A DNA stretch of 63,161 nucleotides, counting the filler, from Cercozoa sp. M6MM (lineage: Eukaryota; Protista; Endomyxa: Ascetosporea), in the NCBI GenBank assembly GCA_040357565.1. It is 9 parts of 9 records of this genome, joined end to end, with 100 filler letters (N's around TTAATTAATTAA, not from the genome) between each part and the next. Parts side by side here need not be neighbours in the genome. Positions count along the whole stretch, not along the records: positions 10,038 to 13,185 come from JBDODJ010001587.1; positions 13,286 to 29,399 come from JBDODJ010000294.1; 7 more parts are not named here. The stretch is one strand, 5' to 3'. The notes beneath the pieces are model-generated. The model worked only from the letters and a program-made list of their open reading frames with translations, did no database searches and was not told the origin of the DNA. Below are positions 13,001 through 24,833 of the stretch, piece after piece (position 1 is the stretch's first letter; the number at the start of each line of letters is the position of its first letter). The position numbers and the translations under genes were made by a program.

Positions 13001-13185
13001 TGGACTGTACACATGGACTGGACTGTACATGCGGACTGTACATGTGGACTGGACTGTACATGTGGACCGTACATGTGGACTGTACATGTGGACCGTACAT
13101 GTGGACCGTACATGTGGACTGTGCACAGGTCTCGGCAAGTCCTTCATCGCCAATGCGCTGCTGCAGAAGTGCGAGGACTCTTTTT
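10038..13185 (+). CDS. ATP-dependent RNA ligase fused to a P-loop polynucleotide kinase (Trl1/RNL-like tRNA ligase); partial at both ends, 20 introns
   Basis: Spliced motifs in order: VTEKANG (I), GGSK (Ia), TLCGEY (III), LRFFG (IIIa), LEGFVL (IV), EKFKTWWY (V), then KGVLVLFQGIPGLGKS (P-loop). Confidence 0.8.
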
Positions 13186-13285
13186 NNNNNNNNNNNNNNN
13201 NNNNNNNNNNNNNNNNNNNNNNNNNNNNNTTAATTAATTAANNNNNNNNNNNNNNNNNNNNNNNNNNNNNNNNNNNNNNNNNNNN

Positions 13286-14788
13286 GGCAGCGCGGCAGAG
13301 ACGACGGTCGTAGCCGGGCGGAAGGCACCAAGAACCGTCTTGCTCGTGCTGCAGTTCCTCCGGCGACGTGAGTGCCGAGTCAAGACTGACAGGCTTGTGA
13401 TCAATGTCCACATGCGTTGTGATCGACATCACCGTGCGACGGTTACTCACGGCATCATCAGTGGCATCACTGTCAGTGGCACCACCGTCGGTAGTATCAC
13501 TACGCGCACAGAAGAACGTGCTGCGAGCCAACTCGAGCGACTTTGACATGGCACATGCCTTCACGTAGGCTCCTGGAGTACGGGGGGCAAGGGGGAAGTA
13601 AGGGAGGCAAAGGGGTATAGGGGTAAAGGGGTAAAGCGGGTAAGGGAAGGTGAAGCAGTACGATGCATGAGATCGGCCGTGGCGATCTGGAGTCGCTCGG
13701 CGCCCACAAAGTCGAGCACCGAGTGCAACGACACTAGGTCCAGCATGGCACGCAGTCGCAACACCACAGCTTCTACCAAATCGGTCGAAAGCTCCGACTG
13801 CTCCTGCAGCTTGTCGCACAGTTCGAGCACTCGCGAGGTCATGTCACGTTTCGGCACTGTGAGCAGCTTGCGTTGCACCCACGTCTCGTTGTTGTCATAG
13901 TCCTCGTCGTAGTAGATGTCGGCCTCGGTGTGCACACGCGCAATCACACGAGCCAACTCAAGTGCCAAACTGCAGGTGCTTTCCACGACGAGGTAGCCCA
14001 CGTCTTGTCGCGCCTCCTCCACACTATCGAACCGCATCGCCTTGGCCAGCGACTCCTCCTTCGCACCGACAAAGTGCATGTACGCACTCGCAAAAATCGT
14101 GTGCGCCGCGCCTACTCAAAACCACCAAGCTCAAGTCAGTAAATCAAGCAAAAGTATGCTTCATTTTTGAAAACACAAGTGTGAAAGCTCACGTTACACT
14201 AGAAAACAACTGAACAAACGCTCTTTGTAAAGAGTATTTAAAAAAAACCGATCAGTCAGTTTTGACAGACCAAGTTAACCTCAGTTGCAATTCGAAATAA
14301 CTGTGCTGGAGAAAAGTACTGTGTCCATCGATCAATCCAGCCATTTCGACAAACATCGAGTCCTGAAAAGCGACGATCTGCGGCAAACTGAGCCTGTGCG
14401 GCATGATTGTTTCTGCAGACACAACAAAAACTATTTTAAATAACCGGTTAAAACCGAAAGAATCCAACTGCACCATCTTCAAGCAATCGCTCAGGCGTGG
14501 TCCATGCATTCGCATCGGCCAACACGTCCAGTTGCTCCTCGCCCAGTTGCACAGCACTCAAAGCTTGCGACATCGAAAAGCCATCCTCAGTCAGCAAGGT
14601 TCCGCGCGGAAGGTTTTTACAGTCCTCTTGCAGCTGATATTTAATAGGGATTAAGCTACTTTAACGTCGGGTGGATTGAAAAGTTCAAATACAGCTTGCG
14701 TAATGTCCTCCCAGTCGCTTTGCGCACTGTCAGAGGTCGCGTTTTGGCACTTTAGCGCCGTTCCGACCACTCCCACTTCACCGCTCAT
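13286..14788 (-). CDS. NAA35: NatC auxiliary subunit Mak10/NAA35, 3' partial
   Basis: WEDITQALQEDCKNLPRGTLLTEDGFSMSQALSAVQL, DGHSAAHTIFASAYMH and IYYDEDY follow the Mak10 motif order. Confidence 0.8.
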
Positions 14789-15155
14789 CCCGACACACAG
14801 CAGATCTGTTAGTGAAGGTCATTGCAGCGTTTGGCTTTTCTTTAATAAACTATGGAACTTTGGACGAGGGTTGGACTGCGCACGAGACGATGATACATTG
14901 AACAAGAAGTGTGGGTGTCGCTGATCAACATCCAAACGCTTTTCCGGGGCTAACCTTAGTGTTCTGGGCTCTGTGTGCATCTGAGCTGTGTACAAACAGA
15001 GCACGTGCACGAAATCTTAGGCGGGTCTTTGGGGGTCTGCGTCTGGTCGATTTCGACTGTTTGACTGCATTTGGCGGTCGTCACCCACTGAGAAGAGTGC
15101 AGGGGTGCACTCTCTCACTGAGTTATTGTTCTAGAAGTGACAAACGCGCCTCATC

Positions 15156-18100
15156 ATGCTGCCCAAGGTGAGGGGATTTTTCGTATTGTTCAAACGGCAT
15201 TGGTGCTGCATGCGTGTTTGTTGATGTTGTTTTTATTTTTGTGTTGTAATTGTTGCGTGATAGGCACTGATGGCGCTGTGCGCGCTGGGTGGCGTACGTG
15301 CCCTGCAAGATTCGCAGGCCGACACGCCCCTCTCGCAGCCGACGCTCACAGTGCGCGAGCAAGCGTCATTCAGCGACATGTTGAACATCTCGTGGACTGC
15401 GATTGACAACAGCGTGCTTGATTCGCTTCCATCGCCAGCGACGCGCCTGCTGTTTGCAGCTTCGATCGATGGTCGTTCTCCCAGTGTACTAGGCCTTGTC
15501 TCCCATTCGCAATATGCCCTGCACAATACCCTCAGTATCCTTGTGTGTTGTGCAGTTTCTCAACGTGTCAGCCGAGACGTCAGACACGTGGATCGAGTTG
15601 CCGCTGACAGAGTCAGGCAACTGGAGCGTGCAGCTCGCTTTGGAGACAGAGCAAGATGGCCTGCTGCGCTCGGCCTTCTCGGACGCAGTGTCGTATGCCG
15701 ACATGCCGCATGTGAACGTATCACTGCAGTTCAACTCGAACGATGAAACAGTCAATCTGACTGTGGCGCCGCTGGCCAGCGCCGTGGTGCCGTCGCCGCG
15801 CAATGTCGAAGTCACACTCGAGCGCACATACGCCTCGCATGTCTCGGAGGTTGTGATGGACCTGCTGCCTGGCGAGTCCGTTAGCTTCGCGGCCGCGCAT
15901 GTGCGGCTGCCGCCGGAAGATTCGCTGGCCGGCGTGTGGCGCATCAAAAAGGTGCGCGTGTGGCACGGCGTTGTTGCATCCTTTGACGTTGATGTCGGCA
16001 CACTGCCGCACGCCGAACTCGACCTGACGCCGCCGATGTTATCGATGAACCAGGTGACCTTCGAGTGGCTCACGACTGATGCCGTGCCCGAAACGACGCA
16101 GATGGTCTCCGACTCAATCAAGGTGACTGTGCCGGCTGCTGCGCTTTCTGCCGGTGTGACCGACCTCCACCTGGCCATCGAGCCCAACACGGCCGTCGAT
16201 CCCGACGCAACCGGCCGGCAGACACTGCAGTTTGGCAACGTTCCCGGAAACTCCATCGGAATAATGGATACGACCCTGTTTGGCGGCTGCGTCGACCTCC
16301 ACGTGCTGCCAACGGGCACTGTGCCCTCCAAGGCCTCCGATGATTCGCCTGTCACACTGCGAGCTCCGTATATATTTTTGTGCTTTGTGTCGAGTGTTTT
16401 CGCATGCATTGCTTAAATCATGAGGCTGCATGCGTAGGCCTACGGCAGAAACGCTGGTGAAGAGTGTGTGCCTGCGACAGCTGGTGCAGGTGCCGAAGCC
16501 GACGTTTGCGTTCACGCCGAATGACGCTCTGGTGGTGACGGTGGACTTTGAGTCCGACCCGTACAGCAAGTACAGCGCCATCTCGGAAGGCCTGCTGAAC
16601 AAGGCGATCGCACAAGTTGTCGTTGTGATCCCCGAGAATGGCGGCAGTTCGATGAACTACACCACAAAGCATACCTCGCTGAGCGAACTCGCTACTGGGT
16701 TTACGGTAGAGCCTGCTCTTTTTGTTTTGTCCGCTTTAGCTGCAACAGTGACATAAGCAATGAAATACCTGACACTGCAGATTCCGGGTTTCACGAGCAA
16801 CGACTGCATTTCGGCGCTCTACGTGCAAGTCCTCGAATTCGGCTCATCTTATGGAGCGGGCGAGCAGCTCATCAGCTCGCGCAATGCCGTGTTTGACGTC
16901 ACTGTCAACGTAAATTTACTGTGCTTTCACGTTTTTTTGGTTTTTAATTTGAACTGAATCAGCGAAACCTCATATTGTTCTTTGACTTGTTGAATGCAGG
17001 ACGACAAATCCATTACGTACGGTGGCAATGCCATTCGATGCGCCTCTGGCGTCTCGCAGCAAGAAAACCTGCCGGCGCTGACTTTGAGATCAGTCGATCA
17101 CAACACCATCAATGCAACGAGCACGGGCACTGAACTCTCACAGGGTGACAATGTCCTCGCGTTCCGAACCAACTGGAGAGCGCAGCTTAAAAACAACAGA
17201 TTGGTACAGTATGCAGAAAAACTGAATTTCCTAAAGTAGCCAACCTCTCGAATGACAGTGCTGTACCTTTTAGTTTTACACGGCGGACGAGTCGTACTCG
17301 AGTCTGGGTGCGCTTACTGCCGAGGTAGTTTGCCTTCTGCTCTACCTGGCTTGTTTGCATTAGTTTTTCTCGAACTCTTGTTGCTGTTTTGCCAGGTTAA
17401 TGGTTTGGCGACCGAGTGCAAGTTGTTCGTCGCGAGTTCGATTGTGCTGGGACGCAAATTCGTCGCAGATGCGTGGTACTGCTTCGGCCCGGAGCCGTTC
17501 TCGTTCTTTAACGGCGAGCTCAAGGTCGAGGCGCGCAACAAGGGCGACAATGTACACCTGAGCTACGAGATGCTGCGCTCGAGTGCGGCAGTGCAGTTCG
17601 TGCGCAGCGACGTGTGGAGCCCGAGCATTGAATGGCTCGGTGCAGGCACTACGGTCGCGCTGCCTGCTTCGTACTCTCGCTTTGTCTGTTGCTTTGCTGT
17701 TAGAGGATACGGCTATATTTCGCTCTCTAACATACAGTGATTCCGAAGTCCCGTCGTTCCAGTTCCTCAAGGACAACCGGTACCGTCTAAAGTCGGACAT
17801 TGTGACGCAGAACTCGCCGATGTTCACCGAGGTGTGTGCTTGTGTTACGGTCCATCCTTAGCCTCCCTGTGCCTTGTGTACCTCGTGTGTGCACTGCAGG
17901 TGGTGGATCTGCCTCTTCGAATCGGTGGAATCGGCGGCGCGAAATTCGTGCGGCCGGTGGCACTGTCGCGCAGCAACGAAGTGCAGGCGCTGGTGTCGTA
18001 CAAGGCACCAAACTACATCGAGGGCTACGCGTCGCAGGAGCTCACGTCGTCGGCGCAGCTGACGGTGCGAGTGGAGTCTAACACGCGCAACGTGGGCGCG

Positions 18101-18403
18101 GCCTTCATGCGCGACCAAGGCAAGCAGGTGTTCGTGCTGCCGCGTGCCGTGGGCGGCTCGCTGGCGTCGTTCGACAAGATCGAAAGCGTCGTGAGCTTCA
18201 CGCGCTCGCTGAGCGAGATGATCACGACGACCAAGTGCTTCAACATGTCGTTCACGCTTAATCATGCCGGCAACGACCCGTCGACCACGCTGCAGGCCTA
18301 TGCGACGCAAGTCTCGGACCCGACCGAGCTCTGCGTGCTGGATGACTTCTTCCAGCAGTGGGACGGCGAGAAGCGCGTGCTCTTCCGGCTGCGGGTTCCG
18401 GTA

Positions 18404-18452
<49 letters not shown>

Positions 18453-18458
18453 CGTGTG

Positions 18459-18497
<39 letters not shown>

Positions 18498-19175
18498 TTG
18501 ATTTCTTTGCTTGTTTGTTTATTGGTTATTGGTTTGTGTGTTGGTTTGTATTGGTTTGTTTGTCTTGAGCAGCCGGCGGTGTACGTGGGACTGAACGGCG
18601 CCAAGCCGGAGCTGGCCGAGTTCGACCTGATGGACCTGATCAAGGCGGACGTGGCGGCGCTGTACCCGTCGCAGGTGCCCGAGGTGGCCGATGCACTCAA
18701 GATCGTGCACATGACGATCGACGCAGAGCAGGAGCCGCACGTGGTGCTGGTCGAACTGCAGTTCGAAAAGACGGCGTCGCTGCCGGTGCCGCGCGTCGTT
18801 GCCGACGACTTTGCCGTGCTGCTGGCCAATCCCGGCGACGGCCGACTTGCAGACGATGCTGTCACTGTGCTCGGCTTTGTCGATCGATCCTACGACGGCC
18901 TGGGCAGTAGCACCAACACCGACGCGCCCTACGGCAGCGAAAAGCAACGTCCCGAGCCTGATAAGATCGAGGGTATCATCTTTACATACACAATATGTAT
19001 CTATATATTCTGGTGAGTAGACAAGGGCTTCCCGCTCTGGGTGCTCGGTATCATCATTCCGCTCGTGCTTCTTCTGTGCGGTGGCGCCGTGTACTACTTC
19101 AAGTTCCGCGAGGGCAACAAGAATGTCGTCGAGATGGCGAACTTTGAGGCGGGTGACGATGAGGACATCGCTTAG
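15156..19175 (+). CDS. Large type I membrane protein of unknown function
   Basis: Signal-like MLPKALMALCALGGVRA, a long multi-exon ectodomain, a TM segment LWVLGIIIPLVLLLCGGAVYYF and a short acidic tail ending TAG. Confidence 0.7.
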
Positions 19176-19714
19176 TGAGCCACCGCTTGCGACAAGAAGT
19201 TGTGATTCACCGCCGTCAACAAAAGAACCGACACTTAACGTTCTGAGGCCAGGTTTCCGCGAACTTGAACCAACGAACTTGAGCTCTAGTCAAAATTCGA
19301 CAAAATACTCAGCAATGATCCCCCCGCCGCGGACGGCGCTCCGTAAAGAAAATAATATTATTTCCAGTCGGCCCCAGCAGGCGCTTGGAGGCCCACGACG
19401 TTTGTGTTGAATAACAGAGTGCACAAAGCGAGGTATGTGGAAAGCATGCGTTGCTGTAGGCATGGAAGCTTGAGTTGACTCGGAATTCCCTGTGTCTTTT
19501 GCCTCGTGTGGTGGCTGAACTCAAAAGCCAGGCACCTGAGCGTGCCAGTACATGCTCTAAGCCGTGTCTCGTGTTGAGCCGAGGTTGCTGATTTGAAACT
19601 TGTGTTGGGCGCAATCTTGAGACAGAATCGAATTTTTGCGTGCTTTTGTGATTTCTGCGATGGTGTGTTCACAATTTGTGTACGCATGTTTTGCACGACA
19701 GGGCAATCGCAGCG

Positions 19715-22700
19715 ATGTCGGCTCCCGAACCGGGAGCGTCGGGAGCACTGCCGGGGATGGCAGCAAGCAGTCCACGAGAAGAGCAGCGTCGTGAGGAGGG
19801 TTCATCCGAGGTATTTAGGATGTTCTGGGGGGGGGGGGGGTATAAATGGTGTGTCTGTTGGAACAGCAATCGAAAGGAACGAGCGCGCCGATGCCAGCGA
19901 GAGCGCAGATGCCGCCGATGCCGTCGCTGCCGATGGGAGAGTTCGGCAGCTTTCCTCTGACGATGCCGATGCCAATTCCCGAGTCACTACCGAATCTGCC
20001 AATGTCCTCACTGCCGGCAGGATTGCCGACCGCGTTACCAGTTCCTCCAGCGACAGGTCTACCTGGCATGCCTCCTTCCTCTTTGCCTCCTGGTATGCAG
20101 GCAGGAATGCCAGTGGGTATGCCAACGGGTATGCCAGCGGGTATGCCATCGGGTTTGCAGCCTGGTATGCCATCGGGTATGCCCATGAGCATGCCGACTG
20201 GTCTACCAACAGGTTTGCCGACAGGTTTACCAAGTGGTCTACCGAGTGGCCTGCCAGGTCTGCCGCCTGGCATGTCGGACATGTCACTAGCTGGCATGAT
20301 ACCGTCCACGTCGCTGCTGTCGGCCTCTGCGTCCAAGCCAGGTATCCGTACTCGTACTCTTGAGGTACTTAGTATCTTAGTATGCCAAGTAGGCGACTCA
20401 GAGTACGTGCCGGAGACGTCGGAACCGGCGGCGAAGCGGCGTCGTCGTATGCGTAAGAGCTCGCCGAGCGAGCAACCGAAGCTGCGTCTGTCGAACGCGG
20501 AGTTGCGGCACTCGTTGACGCCGCAGCAGTCGGCCGGCATGCTGAGCACGACGACAGCGCAGCAGCGGCAGCGACAAGGTCGGCCTACCACACGTGACAA
20601 GTCCTTCGTGTGCGGCATCTGTCTCACCGGCTTCACGGCCGCCAGCAACCTCGGCCGACACTTCCGCCGCACGCACAAGATGCTGCGCAACGATGCGCTC
20701 ATGCTGCTCAAGCACGTGCGTGCTGGCAAGGCTTTGGACGCGCACTTCCTCATGCAGTACGTCGGCCGCGATCTCGCCTCGGAGGCCCCGCCCTACACCA
20801 AGGATGCGCCTGTTCTTGACACGGACACTGCCACGGACACTGCCACTGCCACTACTCCCACAGACAAGGAGACCGATCAGAACACTGGCTACACTGATAC
20901 CACCGTTGATACCGATCGATCGGCGTCGACGGTGCCACTGACCACTGCACTCATGGTTTCGGAGACTGCGAAACCGTCGATCGGTGAGAAACGACAGCGC
21001 GAGAAACGAGCGCGCTCGACGTCGGTCAGTGCGTTGTGCTTTTTGTTTTTAGTTTTTTATATTTTTTTGTATTTGTGTGTGTCCGCGCGGACAGCAGAGG
21101 GTGGCTCAGGCGCGTTTGTGTGCCCGGCGTGCGCGTCGTCGCAGGCGCAGGCGTTCAACTTCACGCGGCACCTGCGCAACGTGCACCGACTGCCGCACGA
21201 GGCGGCGCGCGTCGTACTGGCGCGTCTGCGCGCGAACGAAACCGTCAGCGCGGACGAGGTCCTCGCCCTTGCCGGCGAACACACGCCGTACCCCTTTTAC
21301 CCTCTCTTACCCCCTCTTGCCCCTCTTGCTCCTCTTGCTACCCCCTCTTGCCCCTCCTACTCCCTCTTGCCCCCTCTTACCCCTCCTACCCCCTCTTGCC
21401 CCCTGTTACCCCTTTTTACACCAGGACGTCGCGCAAGTACGCCAAGAAGAAGAAGGCGAGTGGCACTGATCCGACAGTGGCTGATCCTACAGTGACTGAT
21501 CCGACGGTGACTGATCCGACGGTAACTGATCCGACGGTAATTGATCCCGCGATGACTGGTGCCGTTGATGCGATGATACCGTCGCCGCTGTCGATCGATT
21601 TCGACGTGCTGCCGTCACTGTCGACTCCTGTTGCTGACGTTGTCACTGACGGTTCCACTGACGGTGTCACTGATGGTCCCAATGACGATGTCAAGATTAC
21701 TCCGACTGACGCGATCAATCGGACTGACGGTGCCGAGATCGGCACAGCTGCTGGCACACGTGACGAGGCGCCGAGCGACGCGCAAAGCGCCGAAAATCGC
21801 CGCGCTCACGCGACGAATGACAACGCGCAGCTGCAGAATGCGACGGTTACTGTGACCACTCCCGTGACCACAGAGATCAATGACACCGTCCTGCAGGAGA
21901 AACGCCAGCAGGAGGAACGTCAGCAGGAGAAACGTCAGCAGGAGAAACGCCAACGCAAGCACACGCAGCACGTGCGACCGGAGGCGCCGTCGCTCTTCTC
22001 GTCCGACCTGGCCAGTGCGCGCATGAGTGGCGTCTTCTCTGGCCGCGCGGCTCGCTACGGCGCGCTGCTTTACGACCGCGCCGGTGGCGGCTTCAGTCGC
22101 GAACTACTGCGCAACGCCGCCGCTGTACATGCCGTCTTGAATGACCTGGTACCTTTACCCCCCTCCCTTCTAAATTTCGAAATTATCCGCGTTGAATTGG
22201 GTTTTGGTTTTTTACCCCCCCCCCCCCTCCCAGAACGACCCAATGACAGCACGTGCGGCGGACGCGTGCGCGGCCTTGTCGCAACTGGACGCCAACCTCC
22301 GCGCGGACGAGGTTCGGCTCCGCGTGGTGCTGAACGAGCTCGAGATCCTCCGTCTGCACGCGCAGAATCGCAGTCTGCTCAAGTCGGAGCAACCGATCGA
22401 TCGGGTTAAAGAAACGCTGGGAGAAACGCGGCCGGGAGAAACGTCTCGTCGCAACAGTCATCGTCGCACCACTGAGATCGATCGCGTTTTCGACGTATCC
22501 GAAGTGGCTGCCAATGCTGCGCAAGTGACCGTAGCGCTGTTTTACCCCCTCCCCCTATTTACCCCCCTCTTTACCCTATTTACCCCCTTTTTACCCCTTA
22601 TTTACCCCCTCTTTACCCTCCCCCGGATGACAGTTTTCGGGCGAGAGCATACAAACGCGGCAGTTGCGAAACCTTGTGAAGAAACGGCAGGTGTCCGCGC

Positions 22701-24621
22701 GGCCGTACCTAAGTGGCGACGTTGCTGACGAGTTGTCCACGCGGACGGCCCTGCGATCGCTGGCGGTGGCGCCTTTAGATGTGGATGCCTTTGCCAAAGC
22801 ACTGGCCGATGACATGTCGCTGTGCAACAGCGGCTGCATTCGACCCGAGTCGCCTGCTCGCTCCGGCCGCCGGCGTCGCCGTCTTCGAGAGGTGGGTCAT
22901 GGGGGGGTAAGAGGGGGGGTAAGGAAACTATATTATGGTGACATGCACAGAGAGTCGGCAGTCAGCGCGACTTTTTTATTTCGGATCGTCATTCGAGGCA
23001 CGAGAAACGACTGCATGCGACGTCGGCGTCGCTGTCGACTGGCGCGGCCATTGCGGCCGTGCCGGACGCTGCTCCGTCCGAAGAGAACACGGCAATGATT
23101 GCGTGCCTTCTTCTTTTGCTTTCTTTCGAGTGCTAAGCTTTTGCTTTGTTTCGAGTGGAAAGCTTTTGCTTTGCAAATTTCGAGTGGAAAGCTTTTGCTT
23201 TGCAAATTTCGAGTGGAAAGCTTTTGCTTTGCAAATTTCGAGTGAGATAGCTTTGCTTTGGTTTCGTTAAAAGAGTTTGTTGCAACGCAAGCTTTCCAAT
23301 GATAGCTTCGTTTCGAGTGAGAAACGCTTTGAGTACAGCGAGGACGAGGTGGACGCTTTGGCACGTGCTGCTGTCGCCGAGGCCAAGCGACGGCGCGAGC
23401 AGAATCGCCGCTTCTCGCGTCGCTCGGGCCGTTCGGCACGTCGCGGTGACACGGAGCTGAGTTTCGGGTGTTTTGAAGTGGCGCGATCGCTCATCCGGCG
23501 TGCTCGAAAGGAACTCGACTCATGTCGCGAGGTTCGTTTTTCGCTTTTACCCAGCTTTACCCCTCGCCCCCTTACTCCTGTGTACCGTAGAATCCACCAA
23601 AGGAACGTGCTTCAGCTTTGCGAGCTCTGTGGTTCTCGCCGCTCCACTTGGCTGCTGAGTTGTGCGCACCGACTGAAAAACAGTCACAGGCCATGACCCG
23701 ACTCTCGCAACAGAAGATTAAGGTGTTCTTTGGAGATCTGGGGCATGTTGGCATCGTGCGACCGATGGAAGAACGGCTTTGCCGACATTCTGGTTTTATT
23801 TGCTGAAATTCGCTTTTACTTTTTTTGTATTTTCCGTGTCCGCCACTTAGGTGTTTTCAAGCGCGGTGGCCGCGGTGCTGTCTCATCGGACGGTAACACA
23901 CCGCGTACAGGCAAATCGAGCTCGGAAGCACCTCGCTTGTGCGATGAGAACGGTACAGCCTGAGTTTGCAAGATTATGATCGATTCATTGAACATCTTTG
24001 CTTTTGATTAACTTTGCTTGAATGTCTTTGTTTGGGCAACTTGTTTGGACAAGCTTGTTGAAACAACCTTGTTTTGCTGAGTTTAATTTAAAAATCTGCC
24101 CAGGTTGCGGTATCTCGACGGTGACGCCGCCACTGTGCACGCACAACAACTGTACCCGTCGCTACCAGCTGGCAGGCGACGTCGTCGGCCGCTTGCGTGC
24201 GCTGCTCGACAAGTCCGAGAAGGATGAGACCGAGTCGAACGACGTCGACTCTAACGAGGCCGACACAGCAAGCAGCGACAAGCCGAACGAAGAGAACACC
24301 AACGAGAGCGAAAGCAGTGTCAGCGAGGAAGCGGGTGTTGACTCGGACAGCCTCAAGAACGACGAGCACGAGGAACGAGATGCTGGTGCCATGATCGACG
24401 AGCTCGACGAGGAGGCTGACGAGGAGGCCGAGCAACCCGGCGATCATGAGATCACTAGTGCTAGCGACAATGAAATCGAAGAGGAAGAGGAAGAAATCGA
24501 CGACGACGAGCTTGATACCGACGAGCTCATCTCCATCGGCGCACATGCCAGTAGTCTCGGCACTGCTGCAGCACCCGCAGCTGGCGTCATGACCGGTCTG
24601 TCGCCGCGCTTTCGACCCTAG
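19715..24621 (+). CDS. C2H2 zinc-finger protein with Pro/Gly/Met-rich and acidic regions
   Basis: Fingers [24 protein letters not shown] and [24 protein letters not shown]. Joining all exons into one gene is tentative. Confidence 0.6.
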
Positions 24622-24833
24622 GCCGAGCTCTTAGTTTTCTATTGTTCCCGAGTACATTCCTTCCGTCCAGTCGCTGCCTTGTACACGCGACGGACTGCCC
24701 AGGGCTCTTGCGTTGGGCAACATTGGCCGACCTGTTGTGTCGTGTCTGTCAGTTTCATTGACCCGTCCTACATCTGGTCAATGACAGCGAGTTTTCTCAC
24801 TGTCAGTTGTCTGTACATGTGTCGCAGCATGTG

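Noticed and set aside
12998-13125. CRISPR-like repeat array
   Set aside because: These are tandem 13-18-nt units without unique spacers, inside a spliceosomal intron, with no cas genes.
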